A stretch of DNA of 64,000 bases, from IMG/VR virus record IMGVR_UViG_3300031673_000027; one strand, 5' to 3'. Positions 35,090 through 44,039 of this stretch are shown one piece after another. Each line of letters opens with the position of its first letter. Positions within the stretch are counted from its first letter, which is position 1. The DNA comes from a virus. The position numbers and the translations under genes were made by a program. The notes below the pieces were generated by a model. That model saw only the letters and a program-made list of their open reading frames with translations, was not told where the DNA came from and did not search any database.

Positions 35090-35269
35090 ATGCCGGGTGA
35101 GGGCAAAATCATGACGGAACATACGGCTTGGTGTTCTCGCTGCGCGTTCTGGTTCCAGTGGAGCGAGCCGACGAAGAAATTGTTCGTCCAGATTCTGCGA
35201 CACGATGGCTGGCGAAAAATCAAAGGCAAATGGGTATGTCCCGATTGTTCGAGAAAGGACGGTGACTGA
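35090..35269 (+). CDS. zinc-ribbon protein (59 aa, below the ORF-track cutoff)
   Basis: MPGEGKIMTEHTAWCSRCAF...WVCPDCSRKDGD. It starts and ends in conserved junction cassettes. Confidence 0.5.
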   Translation: MPGEGKIMTEHTAWCSRCAFWFQWSEPTKKLFVQILRHDGWRKIKGKWVCPDCSRKDGD

Positions 35270-35469
35270 TGGCGCGTGAACGAGCGAAACATATCAAACG
35301 ATTTTCCTATGCTAAATGGGCCAAAGGGGTCGCCTCTCAAATACTGGAGTCTGATTTGTCTTGTGGTTTTGCAGTGGCCGACGAAACGCCTGACAGAGAA
35401 AAGGCCATTGAGGCCGTTGTTCATCTAATATGCCAACTGCGCGATGCAAGCGAGAAAGGCGGTGACTGA
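35269..35469 (+). CDS. hypothetical protein
   Basis: Bounded by two conserved junction cassettes. Confidence 0.5.
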   Translation: MARERAKHIKRFSYAKWAKGVASQILESDLSCGFAVADETPDREKAIEAVVHLICQLRDASEKGGD

Positions 35470-36110
35470 TGGCACGCGAACTGGGATTGAATACTTGTGA
35501 GGCAATGGCTCAGGCGTTTCTCGATAACCGAAAGACGCAGACGCGGCGATTAATTAAACCACAACCGAATTGGGAAGAGCGCAATGGCTTAAAAGCCGCA
35601 GGCTGGTCCTGGCGAACCAAAAAAGTGCAACTTAATTCATGCACGGCAGAATTTTTGTCCAAAGAAATTGGCAAAGAATCCCGCTATCGGGTCGGGGACC
35701 ACCTCTATGCTAAAGAGACTTGGGCGGCAGACCGTCAATATGATTCCGTACCGCCACGGGCTATTCCTGTCGGCATCAATATCTGGTTCCCCGACCACTT
35801 AGGTTGGAAACGCGACAAGCACATGGGCAGGGTACGTACCGGCCGTTTCATGCCGAAAAAGTTTGCTCGCATTTGGCGGGAAGTCACTGGCGTCCGAGTC
35901 GAACGCGTGCAGGACATCAGCATCATTGACGCAAGAGCAGAGGGTATCGCTGAGTATAAAGATGGCGATCATGAATATGCGAACCGGACTTCAATAGAGA
36001 ATTTCGCTATGCTCTGGGACCGCCTTCATCCGAAGCCCGGCGAGCGATGGGGAGACAACCCCTGGGTGCTGGCTCTCGTCCTTGAGCCTATCGAGAAGCA
36101 TGAACATTAG
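35469..36110 (+). CDS. ASCH/PUA-like domain protein
   Basis: N-terminal FLDNRKTQTRRLIKPQP pattern, typical of phage ASCH-like proteins. Confidence 0.45.
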   Translation: MARELGLNTCEAMAQAFLDNRKTQTRRLIKPQPNWEERNGLKAAGWSWRTKKVQLNSCTAEFLSKEIGKESRYRVGDHLYAKETWAADRQYDSVPPRAIPVGINIWFPDHLGWKRDKHMGRVRTGRFMPKKFARIWREVTGVRVERVQDISIIDARAEGIAEYKDGDHEYANRTSIENFAMLWDRLHPKPGERWGDNPWVLALVLEPIEKHEH

Positions 36111-36139
36111 CCGCTCACCTATTTTTTTTGGAGATGAAC

Positions 36140-36613
36140 ATGAAGGAGATTAAACTTACACGGGGTAAAGCAACCATCGTTGACGATGCTGACTATGACT
36201 GGCTGAGTCGGTGGAAGTGGCGTGCGTGCAAATCGCATCATACCTGGTATGCCGTGCGAACCACGTCCCGCAAAAAAGGCAAGCGGACACTGATCGCTAT
36301 GCACCGGGAAATCTTGCAGCCCCCGTCCGGCTTTGAGACCGACCACAAAGACGGCGATGGTCTGAACAACCGGCGAAATAATCTCCGTTGCGCGACCACG
36401 GCACAAAATCACCAGAACGGAAGGCCACGAAAAGGAACGTCAAAATTCAAAGGCGTGTCATGGCATTGGGGTGCTGCTAAATGGCGAGCCCGAATCAAGA
36501 TGAAAGGACGAGAAACCCTTCTCGGCTACTTCGATTCCGAGACCGAAGCGGCCCAAGCATACGACGCCGCGGCGAAAGAATACTTCGGCGAATTTGCACA
36601 TACAAACTTTTGA
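36140..36613 (+). CDS. HNH endonuclease with AP2 DNA-binding domain (free-standing homing endonuclease)
   Basis: ETDHKDGDGLNNRRNNLRCATTAQNHQN (HNH_3-like), then FKGVSWHWGAAKWRARI...GYFDSETEAAQAYDAAA (AP2-like). Confidence 0.8.
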   Translation: MKEIKLTRGKATIVDDADYDWLSRWKWRACKSHHTWYAVRTTSRKKGKRTLIAMHREILQPPSGFETDHKDGDGLNNRRNNLRCATTAQNHQNGRPRKGTSKFKGVSWHWGAAKWRARIKMKGRETLLGYFDSETEAAQAYDAAAKEYFGEFAHTNF

Positions 36614-36630
36614 GGCGACTGATTCCAACT

Positions 36631-36870
36631 ATGCGCGACTCAATAAAACAGCTTAATAACCTGGGTGCTGCCCTACGTACTCAAGCGAATCGAGAAAGGA
36701 AACTGATGGCTACCGGAATTCCTTACACCAATGAACTGCAAGAAATTTCAGAAGGGCTGGAACTATTGTACGAACAGGCGTCAGAGACAGCACCGCCCGA
36801 AATCTATGGGGCCATTTTTGGATGGCATGAGCGTCTGAACAGATTGATTGAGCAAATGAATCTGGAATAA
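36631..36870 (+). CDS. hypothetical protein
   Basis: 79-aa ORF from the internal ATG at 36631. Confidence 0.45.
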   Translation: MRDSIKQLNNLGAALRTQANRERKLMATGIPYTNELQEISEGLELLYEQASETAPPEIYGAIFGWHERLNRLIEQMNLE

Positions 36871-36893
36871 GTGAGGATTCAGGAGAAAAAGCA

Positions 36894-37367
36894 ATGAAAA
36901 CGAAAAACAAAGAGAATCGAAAGTGCGGTGACTGCTGGCAACATGGAGACGACCATTGTTCTTCGTGCAATCGGTTCTACTGCTACTGGTTTGCAGAAAC
37001 CAAGCAAGAGACAGCGGCGTCACATTGTAAAGCCTTCAACCCGCGAAACTCCGAAGACCGCAAACATCGGGACGACAACGCTGAGAAACTCGTGGTAGCC
37101 GAAGGCGTATGGAAATTCTTGCGCGAGGAACTAAAATTGAGCCGCCGCAAAGCATGGGTTATTTTTTATCATTTGCAAGAGCACGCCAACCTCATCACAG
37201 ATGAGATCGAACTGTGCGACGCTTGCGGCAAATTGTTTCTGAGTGACCGCGAAGGCGTTATTTGTGCCGCTGAGTCGGGGACTGATTGGCCGGAATTACC
37301 GCGCTACTGGCGCCATAAAATACTGTGCGGAGCGTGTCTGAGCGAAAAGAGTTCCTATGCTTATTAA
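36894..37367 (+). CDS. Cys-rich hypothetical protein
   Basis: CAGGAG RBS and several CxxC pairs. Confidence 0.55.
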   Translation: MKTKNKENRKCGDCWQHGDDHCSSCNRFYCYWFAETKQETAASHCKAFNPRNSEDRKHRDDNAEKLVVAEGVWKFLREELKLSRRKAWVIFYHLQEHANLITDEIELCDACGKLFLSDREGVICAAESGTDWPELPRYWRHKILCGACLSEKSSYAY

Positions 37368-37623
37368 GGAGCAAGCCGAAATGAAACTGGAGTACGAACA
37401 CGTCGAGTTCAAGGATGAGGAACTTTACGACAATGAGACGGCGTATCTCGCTTACGCTCAGGAACAGATTGAGGAGCAGTTTTTGGGCCGGGTTCAGTTT
37501 AACAAGAAGCGCAAACTATGGGAATTTTCGGGACGAAGAATCTACGAAGGATTGGATGCCGGACAGTGCCATGACATCGCCGATTTTCTCGACCGGCTCA
37601 ACGCCGAGGGCAAGCCGAAATGA
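37357..37623 (+). CDS. hypothetical protein
   Basis: 88 aa. Ends in the EGKPK-stop junction. Confidence 0.5.
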   Translation: MLIKEQAEMKLEYEHVEFKDEELYDNETAYLAYAQEQIEEQFLGRVQFNKKRKLWEFSGRRIYEGLDAGQCHDIADFLDRLNAEGKPK

Positions 37624-37856
37624 GCAAAACGGATTATACAATCAAAACCCGGTTAAACGATGAAGTGATCGGCGTTGCGAGTTTGCGGTACGGGTCCCAA
37701 CTTTGGACTCTCGCCAAGCTGCGCCGGCGCAAAGGCGAGCCATGTGTATTGTGCGGGACAAAGGTTAAGAGGTATGCCTTCCGGCCGATAACGAATAAAG
37801 GCAATCGTGGGCGAAGGATATGCCAAAGCTGTGGCGCCGGGGGCAAGCCGAAATGA
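37620..37856 (+). CDS. zinc-binding hypothetical protein
   Basis: CVLCG...CQSCG. Ends in the GGKPK-stop junction. Confidence 0.5.
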   Translation: MSKTDYTIKTRLNDEVIGVASLRYGSQLWTLAKLRRRKGEPCVLCGTKVKRYAFRPITNKGNRGRRICQSCGAGGKPK

Positions 37857-38176
37857 ACCCCTTCCCCCGCAAAAAAACGCGTTCCCAAGGCCCCGCCGAC
37901 TATCAAGGAGCTCGCAAAGGCCGCGCAGACGGAGCGCGAGCGCCGAAAGGAACAGGCCGTGCCGCTGAGCGCCTGGGACCGACACGCATTGGCAGATGGT
38001 TTGACGAGGGCAAGATGAGCAAACGAGATAGAAGACGAAAGCCTACAAGATGTAATTTCTGCCATAAACACCGCAAGCTGCGGAGAGTTACTTGTTATCC
38101 GACATACTACGACGACCGTGAGGGGCATTATGTTTATGTGTGCTCCGAGTGTGAAGCTAAAATTCCAGAGGTTTGA
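37853..38176 (+). CDS. basic zinc-ribbon protein
   Basis: ATGA-coupled. CNFCHK...CSECEAK. Confidence 0.45.
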   Translation: MNPFPRKKTRSQGPADYQGARKGRADGARAPKGTGRAAERLGPTRIGRWFDEGKMSKRDRRRKPTRCNFCHKHRKLRRVTCYPTYYDDREGHYVYVCSECEAKIPEV

Positions 38177-38229
38177 CGAGGCGACGATGAATAAGACGAA
38201 GTGCCTACAGTGCGGAGAGAAAGTCACGG

Positions 38230-39711
38230 ATGACGCCGGAAGAATTTGAAAACGAGTTCGTCAACAAGATCATCTGTGGGGATTGGGTCGAGACGCTCAA
38301 GACCCTGCCATCGGATAGATTCCACTGCTGTATCACGTCTCCTCCCTACTGGGGTCAGCGCAATTACGGGGTCGAAGGCCAGCTTGGCCTTGAGAGGACG
38401 CCCGAGGAGCACATCGAAAAGCTCGTGGTCGGCTTCCGCGAGGTCCGGCGCGTCCTGCGGCCCGACGGCGTGCTGTGGCTGAATTACGGGGACAAGCTAT
38501 GGGGCGGCAAAGGTCGAAGTGCTCACGGTGGTTCGGAAAAACAGAAGGCCCGCTTTGAAAGAAACGAAAGTATCAGCAAGCCCCATCAGGAAATCGGTAA
38601 ACCCGGCTGGACAGCCCCTGATGACGCTCGGCATGAAATCTTCAAAGCGAAAGACCTTCTCGGCTTGCCCTGGCGGGTGGCGTTTGCCTTGCAGGCCGAT
38701 GGCTGGTGGTTGCGCTCGGATGTCATTTGGGCCAAGGCCCTGTCATTCTGCGAGAAGTACAGCGGCTCGACCATGCCCGAAAGCGTCAACGGCTGGCGGT
38801 GGGAGCGGTGCAGGGTGAAAGTGAAGAAAAGACCATCACGCGACAAACCTAATGGGGCGGGCGATAATATGATTCGTGTCCCAGGTTGTGAAAATGGCAG
38901 CACAAGACTTGATATGTCTCTTAAAGCCGAGTGGCAAGACTGTCCCGGCTGTCCAAAGTGCGAGCCGAACGGCGGCTACGTGCTGCGCAAAGGCTCGTGG
39001 CGCTGCACCAAGGCGCACGAGTACCTGTTCATGCTGACCAAAAGCCCCCATTATTTCTGCGACATGGAGGCGGTGAAAGAAGAACAAGTCAAGGGAGCGG
39101 CCGGAAGTCGTTTTGATACAGGAAAAACGGCCGGACACGAAGAGAATCGCGCACAAGAAGGCTATCGAGAAAACAGCGGCCGCAACCTCCGCGACGTATG
39201 GGTTATCAATCCCCAGGCATACAAGGGCAGCCATTACGCTACCTTCCCGGAGGCCCTGGTCGAACCCTGCATCAAGGTCTCTACTTCCCAGAAGGGCTGC
39301 TGCCCGAGCTGCGGCGCGCCGTGGGCGAGAATCATTAGCAAAGGCGAATTGCGGGAACATCCAGCAAGAGCGAATCGAAATGTGCGTAACAAGGCTGATT
39401 ATGACGGCACAGATTACGCCAGACGCGAAAATACACTTGGATTAGTCGCTGACACCAAGACCCTCGGCTGGCGGCCCACCTGCAACTGTAACGCGGGCGA
39501 TCCCGTCCCGGCCTTAGTGCTGGACCCGTTCTTTGGCTCAGGGACGGTGGGTATGGTCGCGGCAAGGCTCGGGCGCAACTACACCGGCATTGAGATCAAC
39601 GGCAACTACATCACCGAGCAGGCCCAATGGCGAGTGCTGCAAGGCGAAACGGGAATGACGGCAGACGAGGCCCGGCAGGGCCAGCAGGCTTTGTTTGGAG
39701 CAACAAAATGA
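38230..39711 (+). CDS. DNA N6-adenine/N4-cytosine methyltransferase (beta-class order)
   Basis: Motif IV ITSPPYWGQRNYG is near the N-terminus. Motif I VLDPFFGSGTVG is near the C-terminus. Confidence 0.85.
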   Translation: MTPEEFENEFVNKIICGDWVETLKTLPSDRFHCCITSPPYWGQRNYGVEGQLGLERTPEEHIEKLVVGFREVRRVLRPDGVLWLNYGDKLWGGKGRSAHGGSEKQKARFERNESISKPHQEIGKPGWTAPDDARHEIFKAKDLLGLPWRVAFALQADGWWLRSDVIWAKALSFCEKYSGSTMPESVNGWRWERCRVKVKKRPSRDKPNGAGDNMIRVPGCENGSTRLDMSLKAEWQDCPGCPKCEPNGGYVLRKGSWRCTKAHEYLFMLTKSPHYFCDMEAVKEEQVKGAAGSRFDTGKTAGHEENRAQEGYRENSGRNLRDVWVINPQAYKGSHYATFPEALVEPCIKVSTSQKGCCPSCGAPWARIISKGELREHPARANRNVRNKADYDGTDYARRENTLGLVADTKTLGWRPTCNCNAGDPVPALVLDPFFGSGTVGMVAARLGRNYTGIEINGNYITEQAQWRVLQGETGMTADEARQGQQALFGATK

Positions 39712-40070
39712 AAGCTATATCACTTTGGCAGCCCTGGGCTAGCATGATCGCATCGGGTAAAAAAACAATTGAGACGCGGTCATGGCCGACATCCTATCGT
39801 GGCGATTTATTGATTTGCAGCACGAAGAAGCCGCGGGTGGGTAATTTGGCATGTGGCAAGGCCCTCTGCATTGTCACGGTGCGAGCGTGCGTGAAAATGA
39901 GCACAATCCACGAGGAACGCGCATGCTGTGAGGTTTACCCTGGAGCCTGGGCATGGATTCTCAGCAATGTTCGGCGAATAGATGCTTTCCCCGTCAAGGG
40001 TTCGCAGGGATTCTTTGATGTTGACTTTCCTGTAGAGGCCCGGCAGGGCCAGAAAGCGTTATGGGAATGA
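39708..40070 (+). CDS. ASCH domain protein
   Basis: MKAISLWQPWASMIASGKKTIETRSW is the classic ASCH N-terminal pattern. Confidence 0.7.
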   Translation: MKAISLWQPWASMIASGKKTIETRSWPTSYRGDLLICSTKKPRVGNLACGKALCIVTVRACVKMSTIHEERACCEVYPGAWAWILSNVRRIDAFPVKGSQGFFDVDFPVEARQGQKALWE

Positions 40071-40855
40071 ACCAGATACTTTTCGGCAAATCGCTGGAAC
40101 AGATTGCCATTGAGCGTTTGCACATGTTTGAGGAATCTGCCTTGAACATGGCTGACGACGGATATTACGTTGCCTATTCTGGGGGGAAAGACTCCGATGT
40201 CATTCTTGACCTTGTCCGGCGTTCTGGGGTGAAATACACAGCCCATCATGCGTTGACAACGGCAGACCCACCGGAGGTTGTACGGCATGTCAAAGAGCAG
40301 CCTGATGTGGAGATTCACCGGCCCAAGCATACGATGTGGCAACTCATAAAACGAAAGCAGTGCCCACCACGACGCAACTTGCGATACTGTTGTGAGACTC
40401 AAAAAGAATCTGGCGGGCGTGACCATTTGGTTATTACCGGCATCCGATGGGCCGAAAGTTCGGCACGGTCGGCACGGGGCATGGTCGAATCCTGTTACAA
40501 GGATATCAGCAAGCGATACCTCAATCTCATCATTGATTGGTCAACCGATGATGTCTGGTCATATATCCGGGGCCATGAAATAAAAGTCTGCTCGTTGTAC
40601 GCAGAGGGGTTTACCCGACTTGGGTGTGTGCTTTGCCCGATGGTCCGCGACGTTGAAAAGCACATACAACGCTGGCCTCAGATAGCAAGGGCCTGGGAAC
40701 GGGCGATTAAAGCAACCTATAACCCGGCGAAAGATGTTTACGGTTCCGCTGAGGCATATTGGCAATGGTGGCTGAACAGGGATGCTGTAACCACGAACGA
40801 GACGGGCGTTCCGGTGAAGGAGGCCCGGCAGGGCCAGAAAGGGTTATGGGAATGA
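40061..40855 (+). CDS. PAPS reductase / DndC-like ATP pyrophosphatase-fold protein
   Basis: PP-loop YVAYSGGKDSDVILDL and later Cys pairs (RYCC, LGCVLCP). Confidence 0.7.
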   Translation: MGMNQILFGKSLEQIAIERLHMFEESALNMADDGYYVAYSGGKDSDVILDLVRRSGVKYTAHHALTTADPPEVVRHVKEQPDVEIHRPKHTMWQLIKRKQCPPRRNLRYCCETQKESGGRDHLVITGIRWAESSARSARGMVESCYKDISKRYLNLIIDWSTDDVWSYIRGHEIKVCSLYAEGFTRLGCVLCPMVRDVEKHIQRWPQIARAWERAIKATYNPAKDVYGSAEAYWQWWLNRDAVTTNETGVPVKEARQGQKGLWE

Positions 40856-41415
40856 ACCAAGACAAAATCATCCTTGATTTGTGTGGCGGAACCGGGGCCT
40901 GGTCGAAGCCGTACAGGGACGCGGGATATGATGTAAGGCTTATCACATTGCCGGAGCACGATGTCAGGCTCTACATCCCACCGAAGAATGTGCATGGGAT
41001 TCTGGCCGCTCCGCCGTGTGACCACTTTGCCAGAGTAGGCGCGCGATGGTGGAAAAATAAAGGCCCAAGTGCGCTACTGGATGGTCTGAGTATAGTCGAT
41101 GCCTGCCTGAGAATTATTCATAGATGTAAACCTGCATGGTGGGCTATCGAGAACCCTACTGGGCGACTCAAGGACTATCTGGGAGAGCCTTGCTATAAAT
41201 TCGATCCCTGGTGGTTTGGGGACGCCTGGACGAAACGTACCTGGTTATGGGGGAGCTTCACATCACCGCAGTCGGTTGGCATTGCCCACCGTCCCGTTCT
41301 TCTCGGTACACCCGGCAAGCGGGACCGAACAGCGAAGATGTCGAGTAGTTGGAAACTTCAACGCTCGATTACCCCGCCCGGTTTCGCACGGGCTTTTTTC
41401 GAAAGCAATCCATGA
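40846..41415 (+). CDS. short DNA cytosine-5 methyltransferase-like protein
   Basis: Motif I-like DLCGGTG, motif IV-like APPCDHFA and ENP (motif VI-like). The start MGMNQ is in the conserved junction. Confidence 0.6.
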   Translation: MGMNQDKIILDLCGGTGAWSKPYRDAGYDVRLITLPEHDVRLYIPPKNVHGILAAPPCDHFARVGARWWKNKGPSALLDGLSIVDACLRIIHRCKPAWWAIENPTGRLKDYLGEPCYKFDPWWFGDAWTKRTWLWGSFTSPQSVGIAHRPVLLGTPGKRDRTAKMSSSWKLQRSITPPGFARAFFESNP

Positions 41416-41630
41416 TTGAACTCATCGGCACTATCTCGACCATCCTCGCCATTACAGGGGTGATCCTGAACAACAGGCGGCTCAGGGTGTGTTTTTTAGT
41501 GTGGCTGGTATCAAACAGCCTAACTTTAGTGATCCACGCCCAGACGGGCATCTGGAGCCTCGTGGCGCGTGACGCCATATTCCTGATTCTGGCCGTCGAA
41601 GGATGGTTCAAATGGAGGGCAAAGCCGTGA
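41412..41630 (+). CDS. small membrane protein (PnuC-like fragment?)
   Basis: Two or three hydrophobic helices. ATGA-coupled. Confidence 0.45.
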   Translation: MIELIGTISTILAITGVILNNRRLRVCFLVWLVSNSLTLVIHAQTGIWSLVARDAIFLILAVEGWFKWRAKP

Positions 41631-43024
41631 ACGAACAAAACGCCATGCAAGCTTTTACACTACGCCCCTATCAGGAAGCGGCTGTCAGTGCCGGTCTCGA
41701 CGCATTGAATACCCGCAAAAACGGCATCCTCGTACTGCCGACGGGCAGCGGCAAATCCCTCATCATCAGCGAGATAGCGCAGCGGGCCGGCGGTCGCTCA
41801 GTCATTCTCCAGCCCACCAAAGAAATCCTCGAACAGAACCTCGCTAAGATGAAGTGCTATGGCGTCCGGGACATCGGCATCTATTCCGCGTCCATGAACA
41901 AAAAGACCATAGGCCAAGTGACCTTCGCCACTATCGGGACGATCATCAAACGCAAGCACGCCTTCGAAGCCTTCGACCGGGTGATTGTGGACGAGTGCCA
42001 CCGCGTCAACTCCAAAGGCGGGCAGTACGAAGAGTTTATCTCACACCTGGGCCTGCCGACGATTGGCCTGACGGCTACTCCATACAGGCTTAGAAGCTAC
42101 CGCGACCAGATGGGTGAGCCGGTGGCCGAGAGCCGTATCCTCACGCGAACGAGGCCGCGAATCTTCTCGCGTATTGCCCACGTGACGCAACTACCAGAAC
42201 TCTTCGAGGCTGGCTATTTAAGCACCATCCATTACTCGCTTTGTGCCGACTACGATTCGCGTGAAATCCGGTCGAATAGTACGGGGCAGGGATACGATGA
42301 CGCTTCCCTGGAGCGATACAACCAGCAGAAGAGCATCCCCGACAAGATCGTCGCGGAAGTCGTGAAAGAGTCCTCGAAGCACATTCTCGCGTTCACGCCG
42401 TTTGTGAGCGAGTCGCAAGCGGTGGTCGAGAAGTTGAAATCGCGGGGCGTGTCTTGCCGGACCGTGACTGCTACGACCAGCAAAGACGACCGGGAGACTG
42501 TTATCTGGCGATTCCGCAGCGGCGAGATCCGATGTGTGGTCAACGTGGGTATATTTGTTCTCGGATTCGATTATCCCGAGCTCGACTGCATCATTCTGGG
42601 CAGGGTCACGAAGTCGGTAGGGCTTTACTATCAGATGGTCGGCCGCGGGATCCGCCCATATCCCGGAAAGAAGAACTGCAAGCTAATTGACCTGACCGAC
42701 AATGTGTCACGGTTTGGCCGGATAGAGACGTTTGTATTCTATGACCGCAACGGCAACGGCATGTGGCGGCTCAAGTCGAATGTGGGCCCGTTGACGGGCG
42801 TGGACGTGACGACTGGTACGGAACTTGAAAGCGTCAAAGCCAGACCGATTCCCAGCAACGATGAGACCTTAGTGATCCCCTTCGGCAAACACAAAGATCA
42901 GCCCATCAGCGAGGTCCCCACCGGCTATCTGCGGTGGGCGGTCGAGAACTTCGACAACAGCCAGTGGAAGTCAGCTTTCAGATTGGAAATTCAGAAGCGG
43001 CAGCAGGAAAAAGCAACAGTATAA
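41627..43024 (+). CDS. SF2 DEAD/DEAH-box helicase with a C-terminal DUF3820-like tail
   Basis: LRPYQ, Walker A LPTGSGKS, DECH, and C-terminal IPFGKHKDQPISEVPTGYLRW. The start is uncertain (41603, 41627 or 41645). Confidence 0.8.
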   Translation: MNEQNAMQAFTLRPYQEAAVSAGLDALNTRKNGILVLPTGSGKSLIISEIAQRAGGRSVILQPTKEILEQNLAKMKCYGVRDIGIYSASMNKKTIGQVTFATIGTIIKRKHAFEAFDRVIVDECHRVNSKGGQYEEFISHLGLPTIGLTATPYRLRSYRDQMGEPVAESRILTRTRPRIFSRIAHVTQLPELFEAGYLSTIHYSLCADYDSREIRSNSTGQGYDDASLERYNQQKSIPDKIVAEVVKESSKHILAFTPFVSESQAVVEKLKSRGVSCRTVTATTSKDDRETVIWRFRSGEIRCVVNVGIFVLGFDYPELDCIILGRVTKSVGLYYQMVGRGIRPYPGKKNCKLIDLTDNVSRFGRIETFVFYDRNGNGMWRLKSNVGPLTGVDVTTGTELESVKARPIPSNDETLVIPFGKHKDQPISEVPTGYLRWAVENFDNSQWKSAFRLEIQKRQQEKATV

Positions 43025-43043
43025 AACAGTGGAGCAAGGACGC

Positions 43044-44039
43044 ATGTACGTCATCACGGAATGGTTAGAGCGCTACGAAGTCAACGAGAAAGGCCAGCCC
43101 GCCAAACCCGGCGACAAGTTGCGCAACAGGCCCTTGGAATACATCCGCTCTAAGGTTCACGGACGCTCCCAGGGAGCCGGCTTCCTGGCCATGCAAATGC
43201 TGGCCGGCGACAGAGACTATGAGGTCTTTGGACTCTTCCAAAAATTCCTCGAAATCGCCGCTTGCGAAAAGGGGGAAAAGCGAGGTGCATTGCTCAATCA
43301 TCGGGGCCGTCCGGCCACTGTCGAAGAGGTCGCAACGATCTGCCGAAAGCCACTCGATAGGGTCCAATTTGCCATTGAGATTCTCACAAATCCAACAGTC
43401 GGCTGGATGGAAGAAGTCCCATTCCAGAAATTCCTGGAAATTCTGGAGAGCGGTAAGATAGATAAAGAAAGTGCAACCAATAACACAGGTGCTGGATTAC
43501 CGAAATTAACAAACGGCGATATTGATACCGAAAACAGGGTAAAACTCCAGAAAAATCTGGAGAGTGTGAATATGGGTAATAAAAATGACCATTCTCCAGA
43601 AAATTCTGGAGTGTTATATAAGGCTCCAGGACGCTTATATAACGAGAACGAAACGAAACGAGAACGAAACGAAACGGAACTAAACGAAACTACGCGTGCG
43701 CGCGCGCGCGCGCGCGAGGGACAAACCTCCGACGACCCACCTGCCGACGCAACGTCTGATTCGGCAATTGCTCGCGCGTCATCGTCCTCGGCCTCGTCTC
43801 GTCTCGGTTTCGGAAACAAGCTTCGAGAACTCTTGGGCCCCAAGACGAAGGAAGACCTGACCGCCCTGTGGAACCTCCAGCATTGGGCGGACCAACAGGG
43901 TGAGACCAGCAGTGCCGCTATTCTACAAATCGCCGAGGAGTCCAAGACTGGCCGCAAGCCGCTGGCGGTGTTTTTCTCCCGAGTGAAAGAGGAGCTGGGT
44001 TATCGACCACGAGCAGAAAGGGATAAGCAACATGCCTAA
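43044..44039 (+). CDS. putative replication initiator / replisome organiser (contains an ori-like region)
   Basis: Lies next to the helicase. Iterons, an AT-rich tract and simple repeats are embedded in its low-complexity middle, as in lambda O. No family was recognised directly. Confidence 0.45.
   Translation: MYVITEWLERYEVNEKGQPAKPGDKLRNRPLEYIRSKVHGRSQGAGFLAMQMLAGDRDYEVFGLFQKFLEIAACEKGEKRGALLNHRGRPATVEEVATICRKPLDRVQFAIEILTNPTVGWMEEVPFQKFLEILESGKIDKESATNNTGAGLPKLTNGDIDTENRVKLQKNLESVNMGNKNDHSPENSGVLYKAPGRLYNENETKRERNETELNETTRARARAREGQTSDDPPADATSDSAIARASSSSASSRLGFGNKLRELLGPKTKEDLTALWNLQHWADQQGETSSAAILQIAEESKTGRKPLAVFFSRVKEELGYRPRAERDKQHA
43421..43717. other. candidate origin of replication
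   Basis: Palindromic iterons CTCCAGAAAAATCTGGAG (43545-43562) and CTCCAGAAAATTCTGGAG (43594-43611), plus a composite copy at 43421-43450. These are followed by an AT-rich stretch, then about 10 AAC-phased units (43641-43692), then an alternating CG tract (43692-43717). Confidence 0.45.

Noticed and set aside
43692-43717. The alternating CG tract as a sequencing or assembly artefact, or as a meaningful (RA)n peptide.
   Set aside because: It keeps the ORF in frame and sits in a low-complexity linker next to other origin-like features. I treat it as a DNA-level element within the ori finding rather than as a separate protein feature. An artefact cannot be excluded without reads.
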